Source: Ptychomitrium polyphyllum
Taxonomy: Eukaryota
Assembly (NCBI GenBank): GCA_973851085.1
Contig: OZ316775.1
Coordinates: 11,656,001-11,720,000 of the forward strand
DNA length: 64,000 nt
Reading direction: 5' to 3'
Each line of letters starts with the position of its first letter. Within the stretch, counting starts at the first letter, position 1. Below, piece by piece: positions 41,008 through 54,123 of the stretch. The translations under genes and the position numbers were made by a program. The notes below the pieces were generated by a model. It was not told the origin of the DNA. It made no database searches and saw only the letters and a program-made list of their open reading frames with translations.

Positions 41008-42576
41008 CTAGTTGACAAACTGGCAGTGCTTCCGGATTTCGCCATCAGGGAAGACTTTGGGTTCGATGTAGGTCATGGCGACCATCGCTTTGCCGAACCT
41101 GTGCACGAAGGTACTCTGCTTCAAGTTCTTCAACACGAATGGACGAGTGCTCGGATCAGCGTAAAGAGTTTGATCGGAAGTCATAATACCCTTCCCACTT
41201 GCAATATTCTTGAAGTACTGAGTGTCGAACTTGTGCACGCTCTGACGGTCGATGACAATTTCAGCGGGGCTGAAAATGAGGGGACAAATCTTCTGCATTT
41301 GTTTCAAAAGGTCCTTGGGCATTGTGGGGTCGATGGGAGAGAAAATCCTGTCCCTCAAGTGAACGCAATGGGTGATTCCCAGTGTGTGTGATCCTGCAAA
41401 ATGACCACAAAATCATAAATAATGAATACTCCAAAACATTATCCAGCGGTGCGAAGATCACACCATTGAAGGCAGGTGTGGGGTGACACCTACTGGATTC
41501 TGAGAACACGATTTAGCAAGATTCCTTGGAGTTGAAGCTATAGCATGTCTCACACTCATTAGCTTAGTTTCATACTTATTTACTCACAAACTAACTTTAT
41601 GTGAAATCTAAAAAGGGAATTCAAAATCCCAATCGTGCCATCTCAATGGGGTCAGAAAAGAATGCTGAATCTGTAATAGAGTGCTATCCTCGGATCAGTT
41701 TGATTTATATGATTGAATGGCGTGAGTGGAAGATAGGAGTGTGTGTGGGGTGGGCACCTGACAAGATGACCATCTGTTCGGGGGTCAGGCCCTTCTGTGC
41801 GAAGACGGAGATGAGTTCTTGCGAATGGAAAGTGGCAGGGGGCAAGTTCTGATCGACCTCAACGGCCAGTGACACTGTACCATCCCTCCTTCCAGCAGGC
41901 ACCTTCCAGCCCTTTCCTCCGGTGACCTTCACCGTGTCGCGAGAAGCATAAGCCAGGATATCAGCGCAGGAAACGGTGTTGGGGCACTCCTCCTCCAGCG
42001 CAGCTTTGATTTGGTCGATCACTTCAAAACCATGCAAATTGACGTTCGTAACAGCCGATCTCTCGGTCCCGTTGCCGGCCAGGAGCACGGATCCATCGCA
42101 ACCCTACCATGCCAATTCCATTAAAAAAATTCGTCACTTAGCTCACAATTTCCATAGAGCATAACTTGGCAGGGTAAAGTACACAGAATGTGAAAATATT
42201 CTGAGAAGCCTAACAAGACAGCTGGTTGCAAGCAAACACACCGGATTCCAAAATTAATTTGGAGAATCGAAGCCTCAAATTCAATGTCAGTGCATACTCT
42301 AGAAAACAGGCAGACTAATAGCTGCTCTGAAAAAAGGAGGCGACGCATGCTTACTCGGACGAAGCAATCGTGGAAAATGAGACGAAGGATTCCGGGTGCA
42401 ATGGTCTTGTCCTTGCTGAAAGCCTTCGTCACTTCCTTGAAGATGATTTTCTCCACATTGGGACACGACTGCTTGTAATACTTATACACCAGCTGTGCAT
42501 CTGCAACCTCACTCACGCTCAACACCAATGCCACTACAAACAAGAGTAGCAACGAAGCTCCTTGCACTTGAGCCAT
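41008..42576 (-). CDS. Class III secretory peroxidase; exons 42576-42355, 42103-41758, 41393-41008
   Basis: Signal peptide; QLVYKYYKQSCP; distal-His motif ILRLIFHDCFVR|GCDGSVLL; VSCADILAYASRD; GRRDG; proximal His LSG|SHTLG; C-terminus GEIRKHCQFVN*. Confidence 0.96.
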
Positions 42577-45500
42577 CTTTCAGTCTATCGAAGTGTGTTC
42601 CAGCTCGTATTTACTACTACGAGATGAACAACGAAACGATAGAAGTGCAAGTGGAACCAAACTGCTGATCGAGCTCTCTGACTCTCAATGGGATGACGAG
42701 TCATGAGAGGCCGATGCAGCAGGAATGGTTGTCGCTACAAGGAAGGTGGCGCGATATAAATTAGTTGACAGCCGTTGGCCTCCGAGAGTGTGGAATCGAC
42801 TCCGCCGATGCCGACTGTTGCGCCAGGCTGGCTGCCCACAGTATTACCCCTCACAGGAGTACCGCATGCTTCTCTCCTATCATACTGTACAACGCTTTCA
42901 CACGTTCAGGTTACTGCAATTCTCTTTATATTCGCCAAAATTTAACAATAGGAAATTTACTTCACATTCTGAGACAATGATTACCCGACACTTTGTGATA
43001 GTGCATGCACGTGATCTGCGTTCTAGCCGTCGTCGAAGGATCTGGTGGTATTTCTTTACTCATTAACATGGAGTTCCAAAGTCTACCATTGCATTGATAT
43101 CTAGATGATACTCAGGTGGTAGTTAGGTGATACTGATGTGATTCTCCGGTGGAGTACCTCCGAATATGAGTAAAAGTCCAATGCTAGATACCTTGTGCTC
43201 ATTTTACTGGAAGGAAACGGGCTGGGCACCCTAAGTCAACGGTCGACCAAAATTATTGTATATTCGAATTTACTAGTTTAAAAATGTAGAAAAAACGGTA
43301 CTAGCGAAGCTACTAGAGAAGCACGTTGGTTGTGGAAATAGCAAGCAAATGCTAATTGTGCTCCTGGCTGGCAGAAGCAAAGGAGGCAATTAGAGGGAGA
43401 CTCAAATTCGTTCGGTAGCAATGTCACCGCGAGGGTCTTTCGTTACTGTAATTACAGACATTAAGTTCAGAGATCCACACGTATGCTCATCTTAAAACAA
43501 ACTCCTCTCAAGCAAACTACACTCTAGCCTCCTTACTAATACACTCCATTTTGCAACCTCAAATACATGACACATTTTTGTGTAACCAAACTTCTGAATT
43601 TGTGCACTCCACCTTTAATATGAGGATGGTTTCCCAATATTGTAATCAATAAATGCGTTGAGACAAAGATGTTATAATAAAAACATGTTTTTGTAATTTA
43701 GACTATTTGTAAACAGTTTGAGAACAAGTAATTGTTATAAAAGCATGTTACTACAGAGGTACTAAATTGTGCATAACTTGTAGTTCACAGGTTTTGTTGC
43801 CAACAAGGATCCACTAACAGTAATCTTCAAGCCAGCTTCACAAATAGTGATGTTTTGTGCAAACTTGCCTACAAACATACGGGCTGGCTAATTGATATAA
43901 AGAATTTTTTATGAAGGAGAATAAAAGTTAGATTCCATACATGGAGTCTCTTTAAATCAAATATTCCCCATGTACTATTTAAGTAATGCATGTGTGTTTT
44001 CCTTGTATAACGTATATTTAATCTAACTCAAGTCATGAAAATTTGTAAAATGTATTAATATATATTTTGATCCAAAGAAATCATTGTTTGCAACAAGCAA
44101 ATCACTTCAACCATGCATGAGGTATGTTTCCTTACCAATTCTAAGTTTTGCACTTTTCATCATAATGTACCTCTAAATTTCAACTTTCTATACAACTTGT
44201 GAATTCAATCACACCTACAAAATCAAAGGCCATTTTTATCCCTTCATTCATGAAAAATAGAAGAAGCCAAAAAATTTCAATCTAAGATATGGGTATTTAA
44301 GGCAAAGGATACTTCAAGAGAGACAATGGAAAGATGTTAAGATAATCAAGATGGAAAAAATCTTCCTCCATGAACGAGCTTTTGAATTGCCATCTCAAAT
44401 GCACTTTCAAATTGGTCAATAAGAGAAAAAATTCTTGCAATAAATGCCACCTTGTAGGTGGCAAACTCATTTTTAAATTCATTCTTTAATTCCTTCTTCT
44501 ATGGATAAGAAGACAAGATGTAAAGCCTACCAAAGAACTTAGAAACCATGACAAAATGAAATTCTTAAATCTCTTTGAATATGGCAAAATTTTCTTTCTT
44601 TACAAATAATAGAAGAAGATATATACTAGCCTTAAACTTATAATTGCAAAAAAGAGTAGAACAATCCTTTAGCATCAAAGATCCATAGCCACTAAAATAC
44701 TATAAGATTAGAAACTAGCATATATATTACCATTAACTATGAAACTCTTATTAGTTGTGATTTAGTCTTGATGAGTAATGGTAATGGATTGAAATGGTGA
44801 GTAATTGAAATCATGAGGTAGTGATAATGGAAAGAAGGACAAATTTACACTAATTTTCAAAATAAAACATATAATGGACAAAGGCTTGATGCATAGGGGT
44901 TCGCAAAGGAATATTTGGATGATCTTGTATTTGTTAAGTGAAATTTGCTCTTTATTGTTTGGATGGTTAATGAACCCATTTGTCAATAGTTTTGGCCTTT
45001 AGTAAAAACACCTTTAATAATGTGTATCCAATTCAAAGTTTATCAATTAAATTCGTTTTAGCTACATTATACTTTATACACTATTTTTTATCTACCAATT
45101 TTTTGTAAAATAGGACATTCACTATTGCCATGGTAATAGGCTGTTCCACCTTACAGCTGATTTGAGAATCTTGTAACTTGACTTACAGCTGGCTCACCTA
45201 TTTGGTTTCTTCTTCATTTTGTTTCTCTGCGTTGGAACAAACTGTTTAAATTTAAAAGAATAATTGTTTAAATTAAAAAGAAGAAAAACTTATCAACTTT
45301 AATTACAGTTTCAAAATGATCTCTGTGTGAAGTTGTGGATGCCCTCGTCTACTGTATCTCATTCCATTTCAACTGAGCAATCAGCTTCTTTGTCTTATGC
45401 ACTGTTATCATTGCTGTTGATTTGTGTTTCAGATGCCGCTTCTCTGAAGTACAATACTACATCTTCCTGTTTGTTTGATTCTTTCAATATTAAAAATTCA

Positions 45501-46849
45501 GGAAGTATTAGGAGCTTTGCATCTGGGATTTGTTGTGAGTGAGGAAAGAATTACAAATAAAAATTCTTAGAGATGGCAACCGAAGGGAATTGTACCTTTC
45601 AATAATTTAGCTCCTAAAAAATTAAGTGAGCACATTTCTTAGTCCGAGTGCATACTCATTTTCCATCTTGTCTTTTGTGATAGTGATTTTATAAATTGCA
45701 TAAGTACAAGATAAACAATTCTAATTTAATTAATTTTCTTTTGTTGAACTTTTATCAAAATATTTGTCATCCTGTATTTGCATAACTCACCTTAGCTTAT
45801 GTAAAACACCACCATATGTCAAGCTTATCATTATCACAAAAAAATTAGTGCGCTTTTATCCTCCTTCCATTATCACCATTAGTATTCCATAACTCACTGT
45901 ATACAAAGTCTATCACTGCCGTCTTAAAATTTTATTCTCAACACACTACAGTTTTAAAGTTTTAAACTTGTGCATGATGATAATGGAGTAATTTCATGGA
46001 TGGTGTCCATGTGGAAGATGATGGCCATAGGGTAGTTTATCTTAGTGTACAGTTCTTTTATCCATTCTGTTGGATCCCAATAGAGTTGCTATTGGGATCT
46101 ACGCACTCTACCTGGAAGTTAGTAATACAAGAATATACCGGATGTTGGTGCTTGAGTAAGGTTGTCATCTGCCCAATGCTTTATTCATTTCATGCAATAG
46201 TTTACCCATTTTTACCTTCCTCCTCTGAAAATGCTTTCACCACAAATATTTCAGCTTCTGAAGCATTGTCGCTGGAATGACCTACTTCGCCGATTATCCT
46301 CTCTATGGGAAGCACGACCCACGCTCACTTGGCTCTCATATGTCGCAACATAAAGTATTGCCAGCATGGTTCAATCTGCCCACAATCTTCGTCTTTAGGC
46401 AACTACAATTGACACAAATAGAGACAAGTTTCCTTATTCTCACTATAAAGCGAATCAGCTGCACATGCCACTACACTGCCTACAGTTGAAATACTGTATG
46501 CCAGAGTATAGCACAGTTTGCACACTGCCAGTGGACTCACGTCAACTCTGGATTATTTATATATTTACTGTGGTTATAATGCTCAAGTTTCAGAAATTAG
46601 CATGAATGTAATTAGACAGTCCAACAAGACCGTGAACAGCCTGCTCCTAAAATAATAGCACTTACAGACTTACATTCTATCCTCCTTACCAAGACTCTCA
46701 AGCACACGACAGCCCTGACTTCAGAACACATTTGAGGTGGACCAACTTTCCTAGTTTAAAACTCTTCCTGTAACATGGCTAGCACACACAATAAAATACC
46801 ATGTTTAAAATGTTCATTTTCCCTTATTACAGTGGTAGTATGGTAGTAT

Positions 46850-46960
46850 GGCTAACCTCATCCAATAATCATGAACTTTGGGCTAACCTCATCCAATAAT
46901 CATGAACTTTGGGCTAACCTCATTCAATAATCATGAACTTTGGGCTAACCTCATCTAATA
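46850..46960. repeat. 31-bp tandem repeat, ~3.6 copies
   Basis: GGCTAACCTCATCCAATAATCATGAACTTTG starting at 46850, 46881, 46912 and 46943, with no spacers. Confidence 0.92.
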
Positions 46961-47031
46961 TAATGCAATTAGAGGAAATAACACATCTTATTCATTTGTC
47001 ACTGCAAACTACTTGAGAACCAGTGAAAAGT

Positions 47032-48350
47032 TGTGGAAACCCATAATAACGCTTTGAGAATGCTTTTGGGAGTTTTTTAGGAACTCTTTGGAAATACTTT
47101 AGGATCTTTCTATAGAACTATTATGAGGAATATAGATATAATCATTTATATTTGGATGATATTCTTATAAGAAATGATAATAGATGTTAGGAATAATACA
47201 TGTCTTTTATTTTTGGAAGATTGTATAATTTCATTAAAATAATAAAATGATTGCACATCTTCTATTTTAGGAAGATTGCATGACTTTAAAATGGAAAAGA
47301 TTAAAAAAACTAATATATATCTTAAGTCTTTTATCTAAAAAAATTAAAGTTAAGAGAGTCTTTATATTATATATAAAAGGGATTTGAGGATATAATTATT
47401 TCTTTTTTACTTGTATATTTTCCATGTGATACAAGAAGAATAACTTGGTTGAGAAAAGAACCTTTGTTTACATTATCAAGGTTCTATATTTCTTATAATG
47501 TTGTATTTATATTATATTTTTTAAAAAATTACATGTTTTAATATTAACCAAATCTTTATTGCCTAAAGCATCATTAGAAGATGATGGCTACAAGCTAATT
47601 TTTTCAAATGGAAAATACATTATTGAAAAAAAAAAAACCATAGAGATTTATGCTAAAACTTCACAAAATAGAAGATTATACATACTCAAATGTGAAGTTG
47701 TTATTGAAGATAAGTCCAACCTATGCACTAACAAGATTATAGATGATGTCAAATTATGGCATTGTGAACTTAGACACGTAAATGAAGAATATTTAAAACA
47801 AATTTTTCATGGATAAATAATACAAGACTTGGTTACTAGTACTTGGAAGGATCTTGGAGTATGTGAAGCTTATATTACAAAAATGTTGTATTGTTCTCCA
47901 TATCTAAATAAAAAGAGCAATTGGCATGATAGGCTTAATCCATATTAATGTCTACAGACCTATGCCAATTGAGTTTATTAGAATAGGAAGATACTTTACA
48001 ACTTTCATTGATGATTATTCAAAGAATTTTTTTTTCTACATTATGAAGAGAAAATTAGAGACATATCAATGTTTTAGATATTCTTCATTTACATGTCCAA
48101 GTCTACAATGCCATAATTTGACATCATCTATAATCTTGTTAGTGCATAGGTTGGACTTATCTTCAATAACAACTCACATTTGAATTTATATAGTCTTTTA
48201 TTTTGTGAGGTTTCTGCATACATTTCTTTGGTACTTTTTGTCACTTGTGTATTTTCTATATGATTCAAGAAGAAATATCTCGATTGAAAGAAAAGCCTTT
48301 GTTTACATTATTAAAGTTCTATATCTCTTATGTTGTTGTATTAATATTGT
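47032..48350 (+). mobile_element. Ty1/copia remnant (GAG-pre-integrase and integrase fragments between LTR-like direct repeats)
   Basis: LWHCELRHVN (pre-integrase LWHxRLGH-like) and LIHINVYRPM..RYFTTFIDDYSK (rve core). Direct repeat between ~47405-47515 and ~48245-48350. Outer limits approximate. Confidence 0.8.
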
Positions 48351-48737
48351 ATTATTCAAAAATCACAAATTGCATGATGATGAATTCATGTTTTGAATGT
48401 ATAATTGTATGTATAAACAGCTACTATTTCTTATATTTCAACAAGCACAACGGCTGTAGTAATATGACAATTTTCTAGTTTCTTGCAGAGGACAAGAGTA
48501 CAGAAAGTGCCGCATTCTCCTTTCCACGGTTATAGAGTGACTCCTGTCCGGAGTCACGGTTGTAGGCTCTGACGAACGATATTCATCGGAGGGGAATGAT
48601 AATCATCACCAGAACGAGACTTTCGTCGTGTCGGCGAAGTGCTTCGCTCAGTTTTGGGTTTTCTGCAAGTTTTTCCTCATATTTTCGATCTGTAGGGCGT
48701 CACTGAGTAGCGAGGTTTGGAGCAGAAAGTTGATACC

Positions 48738-49708
48738 ATGAAAGTCAAGATTCTGAGTATCCTTTTGCTTGCATTTTCTTGTTGTTGAGGTGTGGTTTGG
48801 TATGGTTGGAACGATACAGATGTTAATATGGTGTAGGAATGAGTTGGGATAGTGGTAGAGATTAGAGTTTTTGTGCGTTTATGATGTTTTGGGGAAGTTT
48901 TCGTTGAGTGGTCTGCGTTGGGTTATGTGAAGTGATTCCTTGACTTTTGGGTGGCAACTGCGCTTGCGCTGCTGGTTTTCGGACTACAGAGTGAGTTTTT
49001 CTTCAACCTCTCTCACGTCGACTGTTGCTGTACTGCTCCCGAAATGTTGATAGGTCTGGTGGATAATTTGGTAGTAGGGTTTTTGTGCTTCGCTTAAGAA
49101 CCCGTCATTTTCTGGCTACAGTGGATGTGACGAATAACACCATGCCAATCGATAATACTTGGTAGGTTATACATGTTTAAGCGTTTCGATTATGATTGAT
49201 TGTTGCACACGTATCAATTTTAGGGTAGATTAGGGTTATCAACCTGGGGTTGCATTTTCATGGCCACCTCGAGTTTGGATTTGTTGTTTTTAATTGCAAG
49301 CTTAATTTGGAGTGAGGTTGGGCAGATGGCATGCCGTCGCGTCGTGGACCTGGGATGCGCACGATGATGCTTGTGGAATATGCCGTATGGCATTTGATGG
49401 CTGCTGCCCCGACTGCAAAAACCCAGGCGATGATTGTCCCCTGAGTATGCTGCTTTTCTTGCTCTGTTCTCTTTTCTGCAATCTTGAAACATGGTTTTAG
49501 GGTTAGCGCAAGTACATTTCTATCCCGTTCTGCGAATCAAGTGTAAGCCATCTTTTGTAACGTGGTTGGCAACTCGTGAATCTTGACAGTGTGGGGAGCG
49601 TGCAATCATGCATTTCATCTGCATTGTATTTTGAAGTGGGTGAATTCTCAAAGTCCTCGCCCTCAGTGTCCCATGTGCCGTCGGGACTGGAAGTTTCGGG
49701 GAGACTGA
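48738..49708 (+). CDS. APC11: Anaphase-promoting complex subunit 11 (RING-H2); exons 48738-48756, 48990, 49326-49444, 49590-49708
   Basis: Spliced length 19+1+119+119 = 258 nt gives [85 protein letters not shown]. Confidence 0.96.
48757..48989 (+). other. U12-type (minor spliceosome) GT-AG intron
   Basis: 5' site GTATCCTTTT; branch consensus TTCCTTGAC at 48936-48944; first downstream AG at 48988-48989. Confidence 0.85.
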
Positions 49709-50424
49709 TTTCAGACGGTCGCGCATCGACATGAGACCTAGTGTGTGCACCCGACGCTTAGTGTATTTGAGATTCAGTTGGTGTTGTTACTCGTGATAAC
49801 AATGACGCTTACTTGCATTAATTTTTTTAATTAGAATAGAAAGTGCAAAAACTAGACAAGGACCTTACTTGATGCCAGGATTTCTTGTTAACTCATCTAA
49901 ATTTGTGCTTTTAAATGATTATTTCTGTTTCTTTTCATAGTGGTGGTCCATTAATCAGTCTCTGGTTAAGGATATATCATTGGAACATAGAATCTTGAAG
50001 TTCAAAGTTGGTTCAGGGCATAGAGGATTGACGAACACTTCAAATCTGCGCTTTACTCAGTCAAAAATGACGTTGGGATTGAATATGTTCTTGGTATCTT
50101 TGATACAGTTGCACATTAAAGCACTTCAATGCCCATGGATCTTAATCAAAACTTCCACTTAAAGCATTGCTATATACATTGCCCGCATTAGGACACGATT
50201 GTGTCCAAATCTAATAAATCCTAAGATTAACCCACCAGCCAGTTATTCTAACTTTCCGTAAGTGAGACGAGGCCAACGTGTTATGGATAGCAAATACTAT
50301 TGCAGCATGCGCTGACCACCTTAATAGGATATTGACCTTGCAGTTGAAATAGTGCTTGTATCTCCACAGTTGGTGACCAAACCTGTCGTTGGCAAAGGCC
50401 AGCAAAACTCACCAATTTCAACTT

Positions 50425-53400
50425 TCAAAGAGTGGAGGAGTTGTAACTTGCATCGACAGCTGCGATTATTTTGTTGTGCAACGACTTTCCACAACACGCT
50501 ACAATGCCACGATCCAAACCTTCCAAGAACCGACCCTTTGAAAAGTCAAGAGGTCGACCACCTGCATCTGTAACCACACCACCAGCTTCTTGGACAATGA
50601 GAACACCTGCTGCATGATCCCAAATCTTCTCCTTGTACCCAGCCTTCGCAAACTTCATAAAAATCTCTGCATCACCTCGAGCAATAGCTGCATATTTGGC
50701 CATACTGTAGACACGCAGTGGTTGATTCCTGGCAAAAGAAAAGGGTCGATTAGCCTAGATCCTTCACGTAGACTTTAACCTCGACTTGCAAGTCTACAAG
50801 AGTGAAGCTATGAGTGTTTGATAATTAAGCTACATAGGTTGAATTGTATAATTGAATTGAAAGAGATAGCATACAACTGTTACACTCTCAAAAAACATGG
50901 CGTGCTAGGTATAAAATCGCCAAAAAATCAAACTACTCAATCTGTCCTGAAAAATATCCAATCGGACGATAGTGACGCTGATCAACTTTAGGCAAAGGTG
51001 CTCCACAAAATACGATGATTACCGAGCTGTACATAAAACTTATCTAAGTAACGCATGTAGAAAACGAGATAGAAAGCTTTTATCATCTCAAAACAAGGAG
51101 TACTATAGCGCCTGATAAATGGAGAATTGATAGTCTAATACAAAAATTCTCAAAACATGACGTGAATGTCTTTTACAAATATTAAATTATTGCGACAGCA
51201 AAGGCATTCAAAGCATTAAAATATGAACGGCATGAAAAGTCTATTACCTTAAACCCAAAGTGTCTGCCAGACCAGCTGTAAACGAATGACTAGAGTTGGC
51301 TTTCTCAACTGGCTCACAAAAAGTAGCGTTTGCAGGGTCAACAACGGACGAGACACACACCTCACGAGGAGCATGAAACTCGTTAAAGGTTTTCCCATTA
51401 AAAATTATAGGCTGCATCCATGCTCGACCTTCACCTTTTTGAGCTGTCATGACACACCCTCTATGCCAGAGGCTGGCATCCGGTGGCGCAATTTGCATGG
51501 CCATTCGGTAGTACCTGTAAAGTATTACCACCACCTACGTTAATCCAAAAAAACCAGATGCAAGATGAGAAACCGACTCAGATAAACAATCAAAAAACAT
51601 TTGTTCAGCACGAATTACCTAGAATTAGGTAACCAGAATCAATATTGAAAAATGTCCAGACAGGATGTGAAGGTCTCAAGGATGTTCATATCGAATGCGT
51701 TCCAGCGTTTGGTAACCAAAAAATAGCATATGCTATAACAAAATCTGAGCTAGTCTGAACATCAAACTATACTGAAAATGAACAAATCATTCACGTGATG
51801 ACTACGGGAGTCCATTTTGAAGAGTGAGAAACAGATGCTTACTTGTGATGATATCCCAACCAAGCGGTTCTCATCGGAAAGTTTGGGCATCCTAAAACCC
51901 CCAGTACAACTTCGCCATCGTCTACAAGGGCTAGGGCAACCGCATATTGATCCCCACGGACAAATCCTAATGTACCATCCACAGGATCCAGAACCCAGTG
52001 ACGCCCTGTAGGGCCACCGAGAGCGGTTCCTTTGTTTATGAATTTCAGAACTTCGTAAGAACCAAGTGGTTGCTTTGGAGGCGCTATACCCACCACCGAG
52101 GCCTCACATAAGCATTCGTTTACTGCATTAACGACCCTCTGTGACATGTCTATACCACTTTGACCTCTAAGACCCTTCGTGTCTTCTTCAGCCACCATCG
52201 AAAGCTCTTCCCCTTGAAACGATTGAGAAAGAACCCAGCTCACAACAGCTTGTACTCCCCAATCTGCCCGATTCACAGGATTTCATCAGAACACAGGTAC
52301 TAGTTGGAACTATTTTCATAATGATTGTAACAAGCCACCAGACGCACATGAAATCTTCATAAAGTGCTGTGAAGTGAACCAAAAATATTAATAAATGTAA
52401 GTCTTTATGAAATTCAAGAAAGCTTAAAATCCTTCCAGAGTTCTCTTCAGAACTTGGTGTGTAACACCCGGAAATTAGTATGTAGATATTCATAAATGCA
52501 CAGTACTTCAAAGTATGAAGTACCTGCCACGGTAATTAATGACTTGTCCTTCTTTGATCCCGCCTTCTCCTCGTGGCGAAGCAACCGCTCCTGAACACGT
52601 TGGCTCAGCATGCATGCAAGCTGCACAGCTTGAATAGCCGCTGCCATTTCTCTACCGTATTTGCCTTGCACATCTGGTTTGATTTTTATCTGGTTTTTCT
52701 GAAGCCCTGACGGCCACCAATCCCACACTTTGGCTGGCTCCACATCCGCCACTCTGTGTGCTTCTTCTACGACACGAAGTGGCTGTTGACCGTCAAAAAG
52801 TCCTACAGTCTGCGATGGGTCCGGGTGAATCAACACAAGGTCTTCAGGTATGACTTCCAAGAATACTGGTTCAACTTTCGCTTGTGTTTTGTAATCACTA
52901 CGATTATCCTTCGAAGATACACCACCAGAATCCGAAGGCAGTACTTCTGTTTCGGTGGAATCATTGAGTGCCCAATTGAATTCTGCAGATCGGCTCACCT
53001 GCTGAACATAACAGCAACTACCATGGTCAAAAAGCGAATAATCCTTCATACAGATTAAGAATCATTTCAAAACTACACAAACTATCCTAAATTATTACGA
53101 AGAAATACTTGGCTTCCTTGAGTACTTCTCCAACAGCGTATAAGTTGCGTCGAGGATACTGCAATTCTCAGATTCTGTCCATATCATGTTACACATCATC
53201 TCACTCCTCTCAATTAACATTCATGCACTTCTTATAAGTGCAACTGCTAAAACAACAGTTACGCAATAAGACATCCTCTCAAGAGAAAATACAAGGTCTA
53301 CCAACACGATAAGGGGTCAAGATCAAGTTGTAAACAGGGTGCAAGGGTTTTTACGCACAACCCTTAAAAATGGCAGCTTGTGGCGCTAACCGAGAAGGAT

Positions 53401-54123
53401 ACAGATGCACTTGTTGAGGGAGTTACTGAAGTATCTCAGAGATTCAAGTAAAAGCTCTTTGGTTTTCGCAAATACCTTTTCAGAGGCAGACTTACGGTTA
53501 TCTTCTAATGAATGCCGCAATTCTCGAGGACTTCCCTGCTCCACCCTATCAAAAGGAGAGAAAACTGCCGAGTCCGAATCCTTTTCAGCATCATCGAGGT
53601 TGTACAACCCCATTGACGGCGCCCCGTTAACATTGGCGTCGCTAATTCCTCCACCTTCAGTGCCCTGCCAGAATTTGTCCAATGCAGACAAAGAAACGAC
53701 CAATTCTTCTTCCTCTCCTTTCTTGGTTTCTACACCACCATCTCCTTTCACCTTGTTCGCATCCGTCTCGGGACCCACATTGGATGTCCCTGTGCAACAT
53801 CTTCCTCGCCCGCCACTTCTCGTGATCCCAACTCCATATAAGGCCCGTCTCGTGGTGCCCCAATTCTGAAACTGGTCGTTTATTGAACCCGCAGCACGTT
53901 GCAAGCTCGCAGAAGGCATCCAGTGCCGTGATGAAGCCATGGCAACTACCGGTGCGGGTTTAATACATTTCGCCAAAGGCGAATTCAGGGCATCCCAACG
54001 CAGAAGTGCACACAGAGTATCGTTGAAAACGGGTCTGTTCCTGCAAAGGTGACGCCTGTCCTCACCAATGCTCCCAGAGCACACGCGTTGCAGAGGAAGG
54101 CGAAGGAGAGAGGTGGTGGCCAT
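50425..54123 (-). CDS. 3'(2'),5'-bisphosphate nucleotidase / PAP phosphatase, AHL (HAL2-like) type, with long N-terminal extension
   Basis: Core exons: ..52524, 52263-51843, 51514-51248, 50728-50425. Motifs ITVA|DWGVQ, VAEED, WVLDPVDGTLGFVRGDQYAVALAL, CEPVEKANSSH, PLRVYSMAKY, KEKIWDHAAG. Boundaries of the 5' exons are less certain. Confidence 0.92.

Noticed and set aside
46850..46960. 31-bp repeats as a CRISPR array
   Set aside because: Units are directly adjacent with no unique spacers, there are no cas genes, and the context is eukaryotic.
49312..49325. Alternative APC11 acceptor giving MKVKILMRLGRW
   Set aside because: It adds residues absent from the conserved N-terminus; the 1-nt exon model has better splice signals. 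It could exist as a minor isoform.
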